Source: an uncultured Candidatus Saccharibacteria bacterium (lineage in GTDB: Bacteria > Patescibacteriota > Minisyncoccia > Phycocordibacterales > 2-01-FULL-51-21). Taken from it: DNA of 42,011 nt. The stretch is taken from assembly GCA_964348955.1 (NCBI GenBank), contig CAYGEN010000002.1, forward strand, positions 1 to 42,011, read 5' to 3'. Position 1 is the first letter of the stretch; every line of letters starts with the position of its first letter. The position numbers and the translations under genes were made by a program. The notes under the pieces were generated by a model. That model worked only from the letters and a program-made list of their open reading frames with translations, searched no databases and was not told the origin of the DNA. This document shows positions 41,871 through 42,011 of this stretch, one piece after another.

Positions 41871-41908
41871 AACCACAAAACCCGCCACGGTTGGCGGGTT
41901 TTGTGGTT
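41871..41908. terminator. 17-bp perfect hairpin 3' of hup
   Basis: aaccacaaaacccgcca-cggt-tggcgggttttgtggtt. Confidence 0.6.
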
Positions 41909-41940
41909 CCTGTAAACAAAAATCCCCGACCTGTTACGAG

Positions 41941-41977
41941 AAGCCCCACTTGGAAGCTCGGCTTCCAAGTGGGGCTT
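41941..41977. other. Second 17-bp perfect hairpin
   Basis: aagccccacttggaagc-tcg-gcttccaagtggggctt. Confidence 0.6.
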
Positions 41978-42011
41978 TCAGTATTCTAAAAATAGTCCGA
42001 GCGCATTTCGC

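Overview
This 42-kb chromosomal window looks like a small-genome bacterium of the CPR/Patescibacteria type. That assignment is an inference from gene content and architecture, not a database result.

**Housekeeping genes:** a broken str operon (rpsL-rpsG ... fusA), rpmB, an M50 protease, rnhA, recJ, a HIT hydrolase, pgk-tpiA, nusA, ppa, tig-clpP, rny, hup, and an Fe/Mn-SOD-like gene.

**DNA-uptake / type IV pilus-like set:**
- ComEC split into two genes.
- A three-gene prepilin-like operon.
- pilB and pilC.

**Accessory content:**
- A DinJ/YafQ-like toxin-antitoxin (TA) pair whose toxin carries an in-frame TGA.
- A HicAB pair plus a small coiled-coil gene wedged between rpsG and fusA.
- Two tandem 768- and 853-aa secreted beta-propeller paralogs that share identical 5' modules and hairpin-bearing 3' modules, plus the stump of a third copy.
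- An IS200-like Y1 transposase with five copies of its hairpin.
- A small island (PaaX/Cas2-fold protein, a 118-aa orphan, a TrmB-like regulator) between rny and hup.

**Most unusual signals:**
1. The fusA 5' end is duplicated (49-bp perfect direct repeat) around a 160-nt structured insert. The insert also holds an inverted copy of fusA codons and a perfect TATAAT.
2. A second, covarying copy of that GC-rich core lies 24 kb away.
3. Several hairpin and palindrome families recur.
4. A -10 box sits 6-10 nt from many start codons, which suggests leaderless mRNAs.

I found no rRNA, tRNA or CRISPR array.
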